Source of the DNA: Chiloscyllium plagiosum
Taxonomy: Eukaryota
Direction of reading: 5' to 3'
DNA: 50,143 bases
Assembly (NCBI RefSeq): GCF_004010195.1
Contig: NC_057757.1
Span: 8,986,390-9,036,532, forward strand
In this document: piece after piece, positions 24,459 through 36,671 of the stretch
Layout of the letters: every line of letters starts with the position of its first letter
How positions within the stretch are numbered: the stretch's first letter is position 1
The notes under the pieces: model-generated
What the model saw: only the letters and a program-made list of their open reading frames with translations
Databases searched by the model: none
Told to the model about the DNA's origin: nothing
Program-made: the position numbers and the translations under genes

Positions 24459-27440
24459 GTTACCGTTCAGGGGAAAGCAGCAGTATCCCGGTCGGGGGCA
24501 ATCCCACTGGCTCTGGGGCAGAGCGGGAAACGGGAAAGGGAAACAGGACCTTAGTGATAGCAGACCCGATAGTTAGGGGGACAGAGACAGGGGATTCTGT
24601 GGGTGCTGATGGGAATCCAGGATGGTGTGTTGTCTCCCAGGCACCAGGGTCCAGGATGTCTCAGAGTGGCTGTAGAACCTTCTCAAGGGGTAGGGTGATC
24701 AGCCAGACGTCATTATTCACGTTGGCACAAATAACAGAGGTAGAAGTAGGGATGAGGTCCTGCAGAATGATTATAGAGTGCAGGGTAGAGCGTTAAAACA
24801 AAGAGCTCATTGGTGATAATCTCCTGATTAATTCCAATGCCACGTGCTAGTGAGGGGAAGGACAGGAAGATACGGCAGATGGATGTGTTGCTAAAGAATT
24901 GGTGCAAGGGGCAGGGATTCAGAGTTGGAGATCATTCGGATCTTTTCTGGGACAGAGGTGACCTGTCTAAGAGGGACGGGTTACATCTGAACTGGAAGGG
25001 GACCAATATCTTGGCGGCCAGGTTTGCTCATGCTCCAAGGGATGGTATAAACTAGATTGGCAGGGGGGGTGGGATCCCCAACAGCAGGGAGGCAAGTGTG
25101 AGGCTCAAGGAGGTACAGTAATCAGAAATAGGGAATTTAAGGGGCAAGTCAGACTGGAACGAGACAGGGAGCGAGGAATACCTAGTGGATTAAATTGCAT
25201 CCGTTTCCATGCAAGAGGGCTGACAGGGAAGTCTGATGAACTCAGGGAGTGGATAGGTACATGGGATTGGGAGATTGTACCCGTTACAGAAAAATCTCTA
25301 ATGGAGGGACAAGTCTGGCAGATTAACATACCAGGGTACTGGAGAATCAGGTGGGACAGAGGGGGTGGATGGAGGGGAGGGACATACATTTTTGATCACA
25401 GCAGTAATCAGAGATCAAATAACTGAAGGGACATCCAGTGAGGCTTTGTGGGTGGAGGAAGGAAATCGGAAGGGGTTGGTGATGTTGTTGGGAATGCACT
25501 ACAGGACCCCAAACAGTCAACAGGAATTAGAGGAACAAATATGCAGGGAGACTGGGGAGACTTGCAGGAGCAACAGGGTTGACATAGATTTTATTTTCCA
25601 TCATAGACTGGGGATGCCACAGCGTTAAGGGCTGAGATGGGATGGGATTTGTTAAGTACATTCAGGAAGGTTTCCCATGCAGTATATTGAGGGCTCTACT
25701 CAGGAAGGGTCAAACCTTGATTTCCTTTTGGGAAATGGGGCAGGACAGGTCACAAGGGGACACAGAACATAGAGCAGTGGGGAAACACTTTGTGACCAGT
25801 GGCCATGGTTCCATTCATTTCACGATAGTTATGCAGAGGGACCAAACTGATCCACAGGTTCAAGTTCTGAATTGGGTGAAGGTGAAGTCTGATGGAATTA
25901 GACAGGAACTTACACGGGTTGACTGGAGCAGTTTGTTTGCAGGTTCAGGGAACTCCGGCAACTGGGAGGACTTTAAAAGGGAGATTGCTGGAGTACAAGG
26001 TGTGTATGTTCCTGTGAGGGTGAAAGGATTGGGTGGCAGGAATGGGGAATCCAGGATGACAAGAGATATTGAGGCTTTCACCTGGAAAAATATCGGCATG
26101 GCTCAGATACAGGCAGCTGGGATCTCGAGAACCCCTGGAGGTACATGGAGGATATAGGAATTTACTGGAGAAGGGGGATAAATCTCCTGGTCCTGACAAA
26201 TATATCTATAAACACTGCGAGAGGCGAGAGAAGAAATTGCAGGGGCCCTGGCTGATATTTTTGCATCATCGTTAACCACGGGTGAGAGAGATGTGCAAGT
26301 CGAAAGATGTGCAAGTCGAAAACTGGAGGGGAGCGAATATTGTGCCATTATTCAAGAAGGGCACGTTACTTGAGAAGACTCTGAGAAATAAGAAATACAT
26401 GCGTTTGGAAAATCAGGGTTTGATTTGGAGTAGTGAGCACGGCGTTGTGAATGGGAGCCCGTACCTCACAGATTTGTTGGTGTTCTTTGAAGAAGTGACC
26501 AGGAAAGTTGACAAGGGCAGGGCAGAAGACGTGGTCCATATGGATTTCAGGAACACCTTTGTTAAGGTTTCACAAGGGAGGGTGCTCTGGAAGATTAGAT
26601 CGTATTGAATCCAGGGGGAGCTGGATACACAATTGGCTTGATGGCAGGAAGCAGAGGGTAATAGTGGAAGGATGCTTGTCAGACTGGAATGCCTCAGGGG
26701 TTGGAGCTGGGCCCATTGCTGTTTGTTATCGATATCAATGTTTTGGAGGAGAATGTACAAGGGCATGATTAGCAAGTTTACTGATGACACTAAAACAGGC
26801 AGATTCATGGACAGTGAGGAAGATTGTCAGAATTTGCAGCAGGACCTTGATCAGCTGGGAAGGTGGGCTGAGAAATGGCAAATGGAGTTTAATATTGATA
26901 ACGATGAGATCTTGCCTTTTGGAAAGTCAAAGGGGCCTTGGAATTGAGGTGCACAGTTCTCACTAAGTGGAGTCCTAGTTAGACAGGGAAGGGAAGAAGG
27001 CTTTTGGCACACTGGCCTTCATCAGTCAGGGCACTGAGTATAGAGTTTCGGAAGTTATGTTGCAGTTATACAGGACGTTGGTGAGGCCGCACTTGGTGTA
27101 TTGTGTAGTGTTTTGCTCACCTTGCTATAGGAAGGATGTTACTAAACTCGAAAGAGCGCAGAAGAAATTTACAAGGATGTTACCTGGACTCAACAGTCTG
27201 AGTTTTCAGGAGAGTTTAGACAGGCTAAAACTTTATTCTTTAAAGCATTGCAGATTCGTGTGGTGGGGGTGAACTTGTACAGATGTATAAGATCATGATC
27301 AGCATGGATTGGGTCAATGCACACAGTCTCGTTTACATCGAGTTGGGCAATTGAGGACTAGAGGGAATCAGTAAAAGGTTAGTGGGGAAAGAATAAAAGG
27401 GAACCTGAGGGGTAACTTTTTTTAAACAGAGCGTGGTACT
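24459..27440 (+). mobile_element. Old CR1-like LINE (ORF1 esterase tail + degenerate ORF2)
   Basis: RDGLHLNWKGTNILA (ORF1 end), ENWRGANIVPLFKKG, FFEEVT, FTDDTK, VRPHL.YC..F.SP motifs in broken frames. Confidence 0.85.
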
Positions 27441-27446
27441 TCCTCT

Positions 27447-27610
27447 CACAGTCGAAAGATGTGCAAGTCAGGTGAATTGGCCATGCTAAGTTGCCCATCG
27501 TGATAGGTGCGTTAGCCAGAGGGAAATGGGTCTGGGTGGGTTACTCTTCGGAGGGTTGGTATGGACTTGTCGGGCCGAAGGGCCTATTTGTACATTGAAG
27601 GGAATCTAAT
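27447..27610 (+). mobile_element. HE1-type SINE 3' half
   Basis: AAAGATGTGCAAGTCAGGTGAATTGGCCATGCTAAGTTGCCC ... GGGCCGAAGGGCCT. Confidence 0.8.
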
Positions 27611-27689
27611 TTTAAAAAGAAGTGTTGAGAGGCAGGTGTGTTAACAACATCTGAAAGGCATTTGCACAATTACACGGAGAGGAAAGTGT

Positions 27690-28415
27690 GTTTTGGAGAT
27701 GCTGGTGTTGAACTGACGTGTACACAATTAAAATCACACAACATGGGTTATCGTCCAACAGGTTTATTTGGAAGCACTAGCTTTCAAAGCGCTCCTCCTT
27801 CATCAGATGGTTGTGGAGTACAGACTTGTAGGACATAGAATTCATAGCAAAAGTTTCCAATGTGATGTAACTGAAATTATACATTGAAAAATGCCTTGAC
27901 TGTTTGTTAAGTCTCTCATCTGTTAGAATGACCAGGTTAGTTTCACTTCTTTCATATGTAAATCGCAAAATGTTTTTAATAAGTTGCATTCTCAGGTGAA
28001 CTTTAACAATTGGTGTCAGCCCAGATAATGTATTGTAAGCGTTAGCACCCATGTGTGCTAATGTCTGTGCCATGTTTAGACCGATTCTAATCTTGAAAAA
28101 ATGAATTAACAGAATCTTACATGGATTCATGCAGGTTTTGAGCAAAGTACAATGTCACCCTGCCATTACAAAATCACTCCACAAACTTCTTTGTGTTTGG
28201 GGGCGAGGCGGAGGGGGATGTGAGTGCGTGAGAGAGTGTGTGTGTGTTGGTGTGTGTAAAGAGATAAAAGTCTGAGGGAGAGTGCATGTGTCAGTGTTTG
28301 CGTGTAGGAGAGCGTGCCTGCGTGTATTTGTGTGTAGGAGTGTGTGTGTGTCGGAGTACATGAGTCCGTGTGTGTGTGTCGGAGTGTTTGTGTGTGAGTG
28401 CGCATGTGTTTGTGT
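27690..28415 (-). mobile_element. Penelope-like element 3' region with hammerhead-like motif and (CA)n tract
   Basis: Minus strand CTGATGAAGGAGGAGCGCTTTGAAAGCTAGTG (27775-27809), followed by AATAAACCTGTTGGAC end; TG-rich tract 28200-28415. Confidence 0.6.
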
Positions 28416-28430
28416 ACAACTGTACAAGGT

Positions 28431-28921
28431 CGCCCCTGTGCTGTTACTGGGGCTGAGTGCGGCACATACATTCCGAATACCTCCGACAATATAAGTCACC
28501 AAGCGGATCGCACCCACCTGGAGGCTGATAATATCCACAAGGAAGGGAAACAGTTTCATGATTATAATCCTACCCCACTGATTATTACTGGATGGTGGTG
28601 GCCTGTTCATCATGCTCCTGCATATCTTGGACCACAAGGGGGGAACTGAAAACAGGAACGAACTAAACAAGAAATACTTACAGAACACAATGGCGATCTC
28701 TGCGTGTGCATGGACAGAACACAAGACACCACCTTTCGTGGTCTTTTGTTGTCCACGCCAGCCAGACTATAAAAACTGCTGTACCTGATGTTCAAGGAGG
28801 GACGGCCTGCTCAAGTTCCACGGTTAGGGGTACAATCACGCTGCCCCTCCCAATAGGTTTTGATTTAATACATTTGATTTACTTACTTCTAAATGTGAAT
28901 TTTATTAATTTTGGTACAACA
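28431..28921 (+). mobile_element. Duplicated ERV env TM relic + PPT + LTR
   Basis: PCAVTGAECGTYIPNTSDNI matches 8641-8770; PPT 28636-28645; LTR TG(28647)...CA(28921); same 3' flank as the 9544 copy. Confidence 0.8.
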
Positions 28922-29266
28922 CTACCCAATCAATTAATACCCTTATAAAATGTTCTCCAAATGAGGGAATTGATATTAAAGTTGCTGACTTTATCACTGC
29001 CTGAAAGTTTCCAATTTCCTGATGCATATGAAATGTCCTCCAAAATCCGACGACATCTTTACACAGTCCAGGACAATGAAAATTTTCTTGGATTTTGACA
29101 AGAGTTTCCCTTACTCACAAATAACCTCCTCCTGCTAATTTATATCCACAACATTTCCTTCACAAATCCCACCGGGAATACAACTTGATGACCTGCTGCC
29201 CATTTCCCATCCGCCTGAATGTGCGATGGTCTCCATTTACTCAGGAAGGCCTCATTTGTAAGATCT

Positions 29267-29635
29267 AAAACTGTGTTGCTGGAAAAGCGCCGCAGGTCAG
29301 GCAGCATCCAAGGAGCAGTAGAATCGACGTTTCGGGCATGTGCCCTTCTTCAGGAATGAGGAAAGTGTGTCCAGCAGGCTAAGATAAAAGATAGGGAGGA
29401 TGGACTTGGGGGAGGGGCTTTGGAAATGCAATTGGTGGAAGGAGGTCAAGGTGAGGGTGATAGGCCGGAGTGGGGGTCAGTGCGGGGAGGTCAGGAAGAA
29501 GATTGCAGGTTAGGAAGGCAGTGCTGAGTTCGAGGGATTTGACTGAGACAAGGTGGGGGGAGGGGAAATGAGGAAACTGGAGAAACGTGAGTTCTTCCCT
29601 TGTGGTTGGAGGGTTCCCAGGCGGAAGGTGAGAGC
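29267..29635 (-). mobile_element. Penelope-like insertion with minimal hammerhead motif (unit B only)
   Basis: Absent at the orthologous site ~9865 of unit A; minus-strand CTGAAGA-A-GGGC-ACAT-GCCC-GAAAC-GTC at 29322-29357. Confidence 0.7.
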
Positions 29636-30147
29636 AACATTTTGGGGTCTCTTCAGATTCTGTGTTCTAGATTCGATATTCTAATCGCTGGCTAATGAAG
29701 ACTAGCATCCTGTACGCCTTCTTCACCATCCTGTCTACCTGTGCTAACAGCTTCAGGGACCTATCGACTTGTACACCAAGCTCCCTTTGATCCTCAGTGC
29801 TCCCCTCGGACCTGCCATTCATTTGGCTCCTCCAGCCTGTTCCACCATTCATGGTGATGGGGCTAATCCAACATCCCTCACGGCCACGTTCCTGCCCTTT
29901 CCCTGTAACCCTTGATTCCCCGACTGATCACCGATCTATCTCTGATGGAGATAAACTCAAAGCATTAGCCTGCCCTCTCTCCATGGATGCTGCCCGACCC
30001 GCTGTGATTTCCAGCATTGTTTTGTTTTCAGTACAGGTCCCAGCATCTTAAGTAATTAGCTCCCACAAGGATCTCTCTCTCTCCGTCTTAAATATACACA
30101 GGGACTCTGCTCCCCCAGCTCTCCCTGTGGCTGTCCCATCTTATTTA

Positions 30148-30280
30148 CTTTCCTCATTCCTGAAGAAGTGCTCATGCCCGAAACGCTGATTCTCCTGCTC
30201 CTTGGATGCTGCCTGACCTGCTGCGCTTTTCCAGCAACACGTTTTCAGCTCTGATCTCCAGCATCTGCAGTCCTCACATT
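30148..30280 (+). mobile_element. Short Penelope-like terminal insertion (unit B only)
   Basis: Flanked by TSD-like TCCCATCTTATTTA / TCCCATCCTATTCA; mutated hammerhead core 30156-30190; empty site at ~10380. Confidence 0.7.
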
Positions 30281-31563
30281 CTCCCATCCTATTCATCCCC
30301 CATAAAACAAATCTTACTTTCTCATTTATTACCTCAGCTCAGTGTGTACGATCTACGTTTGCAATTTTGGGACAGAATTAGTCCTTGTTTTATTACCATT
30401 ATCTGATTTGCATAATGACCAAAGTTTTCCATCAGATGACAATCTATTATCATTATCTATTCTTTGATACTCTTATTGACCTGATGCTCAATTTCAATTT
30501 TTTGATGATGTTCCTCGTCCTAAATTCTACTGTCAATCTCAACAATTATTACTTTGTACATGAGATGTGGGGATCTCTGACTAAAGCAGCATTTCTGGCC
30601 CCTCCCTAACATCCCCAGTGAAGACGGTGGTGTGCTGATCAGATTCACTGCTGTTTCTGCATTTACCTGCATGCACTTTGTCTTATTCACTCACGGGACG
30701 TGAGCATCGCTGGTGCAGACCTGGCTTTGAACGCTGCCTGTTCCCAGTTGCCCCTTCATAAAGTGTGGGCTTGAGCTGCCTTGTTGAACCGCTGCAGTCC
30801 GTGTGGTGTAGGTAGACCCACAATGCTGTGAGGGAGGGAGCTCAATGATTCTGACCCAGTGAAGCGACGGAGATATATTTCCAAGTCAGGTTGGTGAGTG
30901 GCTTGGTGAATGTGCAGGTATTTCCGTTCTCATCGATCTGTTGCTCTTGTCCTTCTGGATGGTAGAGTTTGTGGGTTAGGAAGATGCTGTCTGAGGACCT
31001 TTGGTGAATTTCTGCAGTGCATCTTGTAGCTGGTTCACATTGCTACTGCTGAGAAACAGTGGTCGAGGGAGTGAGTGTTTGTGGATGTGGTGCCAACTAA
31101 GCTGCTGGTTTGTTCTGGTTTCTGCCACCAGAAAAATACCATCCAGGATGAGGCAGCCGCTTGGTTGGCACCACATCCCCAGACATTCCCTCCCTCCATC
31201 ACTGACACTCAGTAGCAGCAGTGTTTACCATCGACACGGAGCGCTGCAGAAATTCACGAAATATCCTCAGACAGCACCTTCCAAACCCATGAGCACTTCC
31301 ACCTCGAAGGGCATCGGCAGCAGATAGATGGGAACATCACCCCCTTCAAATTCCCCTCTGAGTCACTCACCATCCTGATTTAGAAATATATTGTCATTCC
31401 ATCAGTGTTACAGGCAGCTCAGCAATAACTTCTCAGGGGCAATTAGGAATGGGGAATAATGACAGACACAGTCAGTGATATCCACATCCCACGAGTGAAT
31501 AAAACAACATCATTTCATGGTTTGGAAACAGTTGGACCCTCCTGTGGGCTTCACTGAGGAGGT

Positions 31564-32462
31564 TTATTTATTCACAATGCAATGAATCCGTGTAACCAGG
31601 TATTTTACTGCGTTACTGATCTTTGCTCTGAACCGGGACAACGTTGCTGCATAAATAAATGTGTTTGTGCAACAGCTTAGGTTCTGCAGCATGTAACCAA
31701 CTACACTGAAGTGATCTAGAAATGACAAGTTGTCAGGATTGATTCCTTGAATGGTATAAAATAAGAAATACATAACAACAATTAACCAGAGGACTATGAA
31801 GATCCCAGAGATGGTGAAGAGCAAAATCACAGCCTTCCTTCTGCTCTCCATCTCTGGGTCTCTGTGATTCTCTCCTTTGCTCTCAGCCTTCAGCCTCTTC
31901 CGGACTCGACTGGTCACAAAAATGTGTCTTACTGTCAGAGCATTGAGCAACAGAATTAAAGCGAATGGCAGTAAAGGGGTTAAAATTGTAGTGAGCCAAT
32001 CTAATATCACCCACCAAGTCTCAGTCAAGTTGCTTAACTTTGTTATACAGTAGAATGGCACATTGTTGATTATCCTCATAGGCTCATATTCAAAAGCGAA
32101 GGGGATGTTTTTCAGACAGAATAGTGTGCAGGTTGTTGCCAGAACCACAGTCGCCGCTTTCTCAGTGCAATATTTTGTTCTCAGTTTCTGACAACAAATG
32201 GTCACAAATCGGTCAAAGGAGAAAGTGACGGTGAACCAGACAGAGCAGTCCATGGCTGCACGAGACAGTGCCCCTATAACACTGCACACAGGAGTGATGT
32301 TCAGGAAAGACTGCGGGTAATAATAGAAAGGTAATCTCCACAGTATAACCTCAGTAGTAATGACCATCAGATCGGCAGCTGCCATAAACACCAGGTAACG
32401 GGTAGTGCAAGGGGAAACACCACAGTTTTGCCTGGAAAGGACTGTAACTGCTAGCAAATTTA
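31564..32462 (-). CDS. GPR139-like class A GPCR copy B, exon 2 (spliced protein 321 aa)
   Basis: Acceptor CCCACAG at 32463-32464; open 7TM frame with ADL (TM2), SVWFTVTFSFDRF (TM3), LPF (TM5), LFTISG.F..LW (TM6), NTFIY..RFR (TM7/H8); stop TAA 31564. 67+899 nt = 322 codons. Confidence 0.85.
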
Positions 32463-33623
32463 CTGTGGGCGACAAATGGGAAAAGAAACAGCTAATTATT
32501 GATCAGAAATACCCCCTACCCATTCCAGAGAGCAACAACAAGGTTTTACCAACAAATTCCCATGCACTGTGTGACTGGGAGTGGTTGGGTGTGAGTGAGT
32601 TTGAGTATCAGACTTTAACATTCACTCCAGATTGTCCTCCAGCCCAGTCACGAGATTCTAGAGTTTAGACAGATATTGAGCTCACAGCCACTCCTACGAG
32701 AGCAGAAGGAAGTTTTTGATTTTCTTTGGTTGCATGGTAAGGTACAGAACCCCATTAGATTCCTCAATCCCAAGTCAGTTATAGGACTAGCAATTGGACC
32801 TTCAATAATCCAAACTCTCCCCTTCTCCAGAGAAACAGTTATCCCCTGATCCTGTCATTGGACTTAATCCTGATCGGAGCCATGGCAGGATTATAAAACA
32901 GGTCACCAGAACCTGTGTGAGATTTCAAACACAACTACACCATGTCTCTTAAACAAGGGCAGTACAGCAGAGCATTCAGGACTCCCTTCATGACAATGTG
33001 GGAGTTTTAGGTTTACTGTACACCACAGTTTTGCCTGGAAAGGACTGTAACTGCTAGCAAATTTACTGTGGGAGACAAATGGGAAAAGAAACAGCAAATT
33101 ATTGATCAGAAATACCCCCTACCCATTCCAGAGAGCAACAACAAGGTTTTACCAACAAACTCCCATGCACTGTGTGACTGGGAGTGGTTGGGTGTGAGTG
33201 AGTTTGAGTATCAGACATTAACATTCACTCCAGATTGTCCTCCAGCCCAGTCACGAGATTGTAGAGTTTAGACAGATATTGAGCTCACAGCCACTCCTAC
33301 GAGAGCAGAAGGAAGTTTTTGATTTCCTTTGGTTGCATGGTAAGGCACAGAACCCCATTAGATTCTTCAATCCCGAGTCAGTTATAGGACAAGCAATTTG
33401 GACCTTCAATAATCCAAACTCTCCCCTTCTCCAGAGAAACAGTTATCCGCTGATCCTGACATTGGACTTAATCCTGATCGGAGTCATGGCAGGATTATAA
33501 AACAGGTCACCAGAACCTGTGTGAGATTTCAAACACAACTACACCATGTATCTTAAACAAGGGCAGTACAGCAGAGCATGCAGGACACCCTTCATGACAA
33601 TGTGGGAGTTTTAGGTTTACTGT
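32417..33623. repeat. ~603-bp direct tandem duplication including the exon-2 splice acceptor
   Basis: 32417-33019 and 33020-33623 are near-identical with scattered substitutions; single copy in unit A. Confidence 0.92.
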
Positions 33624-34342
33624 GATATTTACACTGTAAATCTACCCACCAACATCTCAATGTGGAGGGACCAGGAGGGCAATCTGTCAACATTTCAATC
33701 TCCTGACCAAAGCGTGTGAGGAGGAGAGAATTTCTGGAAGCAGTGGTCGATGAAACTTTACAAATCAGAACAAGGCGCAAATTCTTCAATTCCTTTGCTT
33801 TGCCAAAAAAAAGATCAATCTGAGATTGAAAATTCCCAACTGATGCAGCATCCATGACTCTGTGTGTGTGTAAGAGAGTTCCAAACCTTTCCCACCCTTT
33901 CCCACCCTCTGTGCACAGAAGAGCTTTCTGACATCTCTCCTGAACGCTCTCTGCCCCATTCACAGACTATGATCCTTTGTTCGAAATCTGCAATCAGTAG
34001 AAACAGTTCATGTTTTCCTTTTAATATTTTGTTGGACTTCACTCAGATCATCCCTTAACCTTCAAAATTCTCGACCAACCTGGCTTCATTTACGTAATGA
34101 AGTCAGAAGAAGTGCAGCAGGTCTAGAGCATCTGTGGGAGAGAGCACAGAGTTCGGGTTGAGTGACCCTTCTTCAGAACTAACCTGCCTGATCTCTCCTC
34201 ATTCCTTGAAGCCATAACAAACTGGAACAGATGACACAACACTGAGAACAGAAAATGCAGCTGCAGCAGTGAAGTTGGGAGTCTGTCAGTGTAGGATTGT
34301 ATCGAGAATGCTGCTCAGTGAATTGCTGACACTGTCCCGGGA

Positions 34343-34490
34343 TAAAAACAATGACTGCATATGCTGGAAACCAGATTCTGGATCAGTGGTGCTGGAAGAG
34401 CACAGCAAGTCAGGCAGCATCCGTGGACAGGCAAAATCGATGTTTCGGGCAAAAGGCTTTTGCCCAAAACGTCGATTTTGCCTGTCCTCA
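34343..34490. mobile_element. Penelope-like fold-back insertion in the intron of copy B
   Basis: Hairpin GGACAGGCAAAATCGATGTTTCGGGCAAAAG / CTTTTGCCCAAAACGTCGATTTTGCCTGTCC; TSD-like G(A/T)CACTGTCC; empty site at ~13765 and ~47025. Confidence 0.75.
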
Positions 34491-34615
34491 GTCACTGTCC
34501 GTGTTCTGGATAAGGCTGACCAATCAGTGAGCTGGAGACATTATTGTTCATACCGTAAAACCAGAGAGCAGATCAACAGCAGATTAAGACAAGCTCAATT
34601 GTCATAGCGCCATAC

Positions 34616-34682
34616 CTGGGATGCCAGTAACAGCAAGGATGGTGTAGAACATCTTCTCCACGTGATCAATTGGTCGATGCAT
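34616..34682 (-). CDS. GPR139-like GPCR copy B, exon 1
   Basis: ATG 34682, MHRPIDHVEKMFYTILAVTGIP + G, donor CAG|GTATG, phase 1; joins exon 2 as ...GIP-V-NLLAV. Confidence 0.83.
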
Positions 34683-35047
34683 TTTCCTGTGTGAGGTAAT
34701 CTGTCCCTTCAGGTAGCTGACAAGTTCCTTGTTTGAGACTCTGAGCTGATGCATTCCCAGAGACTGCATCGAGACAGTTCATTCCAAGTGTGAACATATG
34801 TCTCTGAGCTGTCCTTCTGTACTCGCGGGTAGGAGCTGCCCACTTTACACAAGAACATTTCACTCACTGAGAGAAATGTGATTCTTCTCACACACTGAAT
34901 GTGTACATCACTGCGAGGTCAGCATTTATTCCCCATTATTTATTCCCCATTCCCAATTTTCCAGGATCTGGAGTCACATGACAACATACTGCCTTTCCTG
35001 AGGGAAGGGGACTCAGTGAACAAAATGGATCTCCAACCATGGGGAAA

Positions 35048-35545
35048 TCACTGACCTCCCTCTTACTGTTACTCTCCACCAGATACATCACTGACCTCTC
35101 TCTTACTGTTACTGTCCATCAGATACATTCCTGACCTCCCCCTTACTGTCACTGTCCATCAGATACATCACTGACCTCCCCCTGACTGTCACTGTCCATC
35201 AGATACATCACTGACATCCCCCTTACTGTTACTGTCCAACAGATACATCAATGATCTCCCCCTTACTTTCACTGTCCATCAGATACATCACTGACCTCCC
35301 CCTTACTGCTATTCTCCATCAAATACATCACTGAACTCCCCCTTTACTGTCACTGTCCACCAAAGTCATCACTGACCTCCCCATCTACTGTCACTGTCCA
35401 TCAGATACATCACTGACCTCCCCCTTACTGTCACTGTCCATCAGATACATCCCTGACCTCCCCTGTACTGTCAATGTCCATCGAAATACATCACTGACCT
35501 CCCTCTTACACTCAATGTCCTTCAGATATATCCCTGACCTCCCTC
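35048..35545. repeat. ~39-bp minisatellite, about 12-13 units
   Basis: Same unit as 14660-15890. Confidence 0.93.
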
Positions 35546-35978
35546 TGGTCATTGCATCTCCAGAAACTGACAAGGAAGGCAAAATTAGTTTTGACATTTA
35601 TTATAAACAGAATAGAGTATAAAGGTCAGGGAGTGTTGCTGCAAGTGTAGAAGGCAGGAGAACAATCTCAGCTGGAGTTTTGCAAACAATTTTGGGATAT
35701 AACTGCTTTGGAGACAGTTCAGTGGATCATCATGAGATAATTCCAGAGATGAAGATGTTGTCCAATTCATCCTTAAATCAAGTTCGACAATTCCAATGGG
35801 AATGATCTGAATGAATGTGCCCAGGTGTCAACAAAACTGAAACGGTCAAATCAGTACAAACATGAGCCAATACCACAGTCCCGTCTTTATCAGGAAACAT
35901 GTTATAATACCCTTTAATTACAGGCATGCTATCTGTAATCTTGTTGGCGCTTTATGTCCTGAGTCGCTTGGAGATATA

Positions 35979-36159
35979 TGCATTTTCTGGATCAGTGGTG
36001 CTGGAAGAGCACAGCAATTCAGGCAGCATCCGAGGACAGGCAAAATCGACGTTTCGGGCAAAAGCCCTTCATCAGGAATAAAGGTGCCTGAATTGCTGTG
36101 CTCTTCCAGCATCACTGATCCAGAATCTGGTTTCCAGCATCGGCAGTCATTGTTTTTAC
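35979..36159. mobile_element. Penelope-like insertion with inverted arms and hammerhead core
   Basis: 12-bp TSD CTTGGAGATATA (35967-35978, 36160-36171); 41-bp inverted repeat 35985-36025 / 36085-36125; minus-strand CTGATGA-A-GGGC-TTTT-GCCC-GAAAC-GTC at 36044-36079; empty site at ~16225. Confidence 0.8.
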
Positions 36160-36175
36160 CTTGGAGATATACACA

Positions 36176-36455
36176 GTCTCTCTCTCTCTGCCTCTCACTC
36201 TCGCAGTCTCTCTCTGTCTCTCTCTCTATCTATCTTTCTGTCTCTCTCTGTCTCTCTCGCTCTGTCTCTGTCTGGCCCTCTCTCTCTTTCTCGCTCTCTC
36301 ACTCTGCCTCTCTCACTGTCTCTCTTTGTCTCTATCTGTCTCTCTCTCCTTTTCTGTCTCTCTGACTCTCTCCCTCTCCCTCTCTCTACGTGTGTGTCTC
36401 TCTCTCTGTCTCTGGGTCTGTGAAGCTGGTTTCTCTCTCCCTCACTCTCTCTCTG
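36176..36455. repeat. (CT)n-rich microsatellite
   Basis: Paralog of 16241-16505. Confidence 0.9.
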
Positions 36456-36671
36456 GGTGATCAGCTGGTCTCTGGTTGGTCAGCTGGTCTCTGACCCTTG
36501 CCGTGCTGGTCTCCTCAGAACTCCTCCAGAAGATTTAAGAAAAACGTCTGCAGGTGAACCCTGTGTTTGTGCCTTGGTCGATGGTTTTTCATAACGTTCT
36601 ATAGTTCGGACCAATCCGGAATATCCCTTAATCGTCTGAAACACTGTCAGTCACAGACATAGATGAGAGTG

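Noticed and set aside
31564..32475. Single-exon GPCR starting at the ORF-track start (MSPTVNLL; likewise 46038 and 12556)
   Set aside because: These are non-ATG starts in or just after the splice acceptor, and half of TM1 would be missing. A 67-nt exon 1 with a GT donor completes the protein in all three copies.
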